A stretch of 60,316 nucleotides of DNA from a virus. Taxonomy: Duplodnaviria > Caudoviricetes. Below, piece after piece: positions 59,010 to 60,316 of the stretch. Within the stretch, counting starts at the first letter, position 1. Every line of letters starts with the position of its first letter. A program made the translations under genes and the position numbers. The notes below the pieces were generated by a model that did not search any database, was not told the DNA's origin, and worked only from the letters and a program-made list of their open reading frames with translations. Location of the stretch: positions 1 to 60,316 of the IMG/VR virus record IMGVR_UViG_3300022074_007082; one strand, written 5' to 3'.

Positions 59010-60170
59010 GTGCCTTACTATGAATTTGGACAAGATGACATAATTTACAATACTGTAAAGACCAATCCTAGACAAAAGTTCTTTGTTTATAATGGCGCTA
59101 TATATTACAACAATAGACCAGAGATAATCGGAGAAAGAAGCAATTCAAATGTCGGCGGTGTTCCAGTTGGCTTTGCTAATCTTTACGAACTTAATGTTGA
59201 TAGACCTGCTTCAGAACTAATCCACCCCTTTATAACTAAAAATGGTAGCCTAACTTCGTTTAGTACCATGACTACGACAGAGTATAATAAAGATTTTCAA
59301 TATGGGGATACGTTAACCGGAAGCTACCCCCTTTCCGCTAGTATCTCCAGGCAGTATTTCAACGCAGGATTAGCTAGGGAAAGAGTTGACGCACTAAAAA
59401 ACACTCTTAATTACTATTCTTATAGAAGCCCACACTATCAATTTAGCTCTAGTCTGGGCAATAAGTCGAGCCAAGCTCTGAATTTGCTATCTGTTCCTTC
59501 TATATTTTATGGAAAGAACATAAAAAAGAATTCTATCGCTCTTAACTTTTATGTGACAGGGACTTTAGTTGGTAGACTAGAAGATTTATATGGGAATGGT
59601 GAACTAATCCAAACAGCGCCGTATGGGTCAACTGGATCTGGATCGGTTGCAGGGGTTGCACTCTACACAGAAGGGTTCTTTGTTCTTACTGGGAACTGGA
59701 TTATCGGAGCACCACACACCGAGGCTTACACAGGCGGTAGCGCAACCAACGCAAGGTGGATACACTTTGCCGCAGGAGCAGAAACTGCAAGCTTGGGAAA
59801 TGCCTTGCCCAATAGCAGCTTTGAAATTAAGTTCTCTGGATCATCACAGACTGAAATGCTGACTATGTTTGCCAAAGCGCCTTCATTGGAATTAAATCAT
59901 TCCAACAATCCAACTTATGTCGAATCAGGTCAAACCATGGTGGCAGCCACAGCGTCAAATTTCTTTTCTCAAAATGGCAAGCTAGCGATTAAAAACGTTG
60001 TTTCCGGCAACTATTCAGAAGTGACATCATCATTCCAAAAAGAAACCTATATTTCCGAAATAGCTCTTTACGACGACAACAAGAGAATCATAGGATTTGC
60101 CAAGTTAGCCACCCCTGTCAAGAAAACAGAAGAAAGAGATCTGACTTTTAAATTAAAACTTGACATCTAG
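59010..60170 (+). CDS. Structural protein, paralogue of 57840-58994
   Basis: GTG start behind GGAGG; C-terminal ELNHSNNPTY...YISEIALY...IIGFAKLATPVKK...LTFKLKLDI. Confidence 0.65.
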   Translation: MPYYEFGQDDIIYNTVKTNPRQKFFVYNGAIYYNNRPEIIGERSNSNVGGVPVGFANLYELNVDRPASELIHPFITKNGSLTSFSTMTTTEYNKDFQYGDTLTGSYPLSASISRQYFNAGLARERVDALKNTLNYYSYRSPHYQFSSSLGNKSSQALNLLSVPSIFYGKNIKKNSIALNFYVTGTLVGRLEDLYGNGELIQTAPYGSTGSGSVAGVALYTEGFFVLTGNWIIGAPHTEAYTGGSATNARWIHFAAGAETASLGNALPNSSFEIKFSGSSQTEMLTMFAKAPSLELNHSNNPTYVESGQTMVAATASNFFSQNGKLAIKNVVSGNYSEVTSSFQKETYISEIALYDDNKRIIGFAKLATPVKKTEERDLTFKLKLDI

Positions 60171-60188
60171 TAGAGCCCCTGCTATAGT
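60160..60188 (+). promoter_or_regulatory. Sigma70-type promoter with extended -10
   Basis: TTGACA (60160-60165), 17-nt spacer, TG at 60180-60181, TATAGT (60183-60188). Confidence 0.7.
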
Positions 60189-60194
60189 TCTCCT

Positions 60195-60316
60195 ATGATT
60201 TTAGGACTAGACATTTCAACAAGCATCGTTGGTTTCACTATTGTAGATCAAGGCGAAATAGTAAAGACATTCGCAGTAGATCTAAGAAACAAAAACAAAT
60301 TCCCAGACATTTATTC
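60195..60316 (+). CDS. RuvC-like Holliday junction resolvase, 5' part only (runs off the window)
   Basis: Manual translation MILGLDISTSIVGFTIVDQGEIVKTFAVDLRNKNKFPDIY has the ILGxD RNase H-fold first strand; absent from the ORF track. Confidence 0.7.
   Translation, partial: MILGLDISTSIVGFTIVDQGEIVKTFAVDLRNKNKFPDIY

Noticed and set aside
451-59862. Numerous 60-154 aa ORFs on the minus strand or in alternate + frames
   Set aside because: All lie inside longer + strand genes, carry no recognisable motifs, and look like antisense shadows
22572-60170. Bacterial eCIS, T6SS or tailocin
   Set aside because: The gp55-like sigma, T4-type gp6, giant wedge proteins and a flanking RuvC-like gene fit a large phage better; no TssJLM, ClpV or Afp15-like ATPase seen
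1-60316. tRNA, rRNA, CRISPR array, IS element, intron/intein, intrinsic terminators
   Set aside because: Spacers are under 90 nt; no repeat-spacer periodicity, transposase or intein motifs, or GC hairpin plus U-tract was noticed by eye
1-60316. Stop-codon reassignment as in some large phages
   Set aside because: ORFs up to 9.7 kb are open in the standard code, and TAA, TGA and TAG all end genes at sensible boundaries

Overview
The window looks like part of a large tailed dsDNA phage genome (contractile-tail type, AT-rich, standard code), with every credible gene on the + strand and densely packed. All calls come from motif recognition by eye; no database searches were run. (1) 13-20820 is a ~21 kb block of 27 nucleotide-sugar, glycosyltransferase and tailoring genes, including WecB, GT-D-like, GT11, GME-like, RmlC, a miniature ThDP E1 alpha/beta pair, a ColD-like dehydratase, two degenerate Fcl-like SDRs, PhyH, Gmd-like, HldA/HldC and RmlB. 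It has no flippase, polymerase, ABC exporter or other membrane component. (2) 20828-22579 holds small genes around a T4 gp55-like sigma factor. (3) 22572-60170 is a baseplate/tail module: a split gp5-like hub and spike with an M15 peptidase, a 3007 aa orphan, gp25, gp6, a 3238 aa gp7/gpI-like LamG protein and fibre-attachment-like proteins. (4) A RuvC-like gene missed by the ORF track starts at 60195 behind a near-consensus sigma70 promoter. A CTATTTAT motif recurs in spacers ahead of structural genes and is a candidate late promoter. The best candidate for an undescribed system is a phage-encoded virion glycosylation pathway. It would make unusual sugars (C4-branched 3,6-dideoxyhexose, amidated uronate, heptose), possibly attached to [ST]-[GA]-S tripeptides that are enriched in a subset of the tail proteins.
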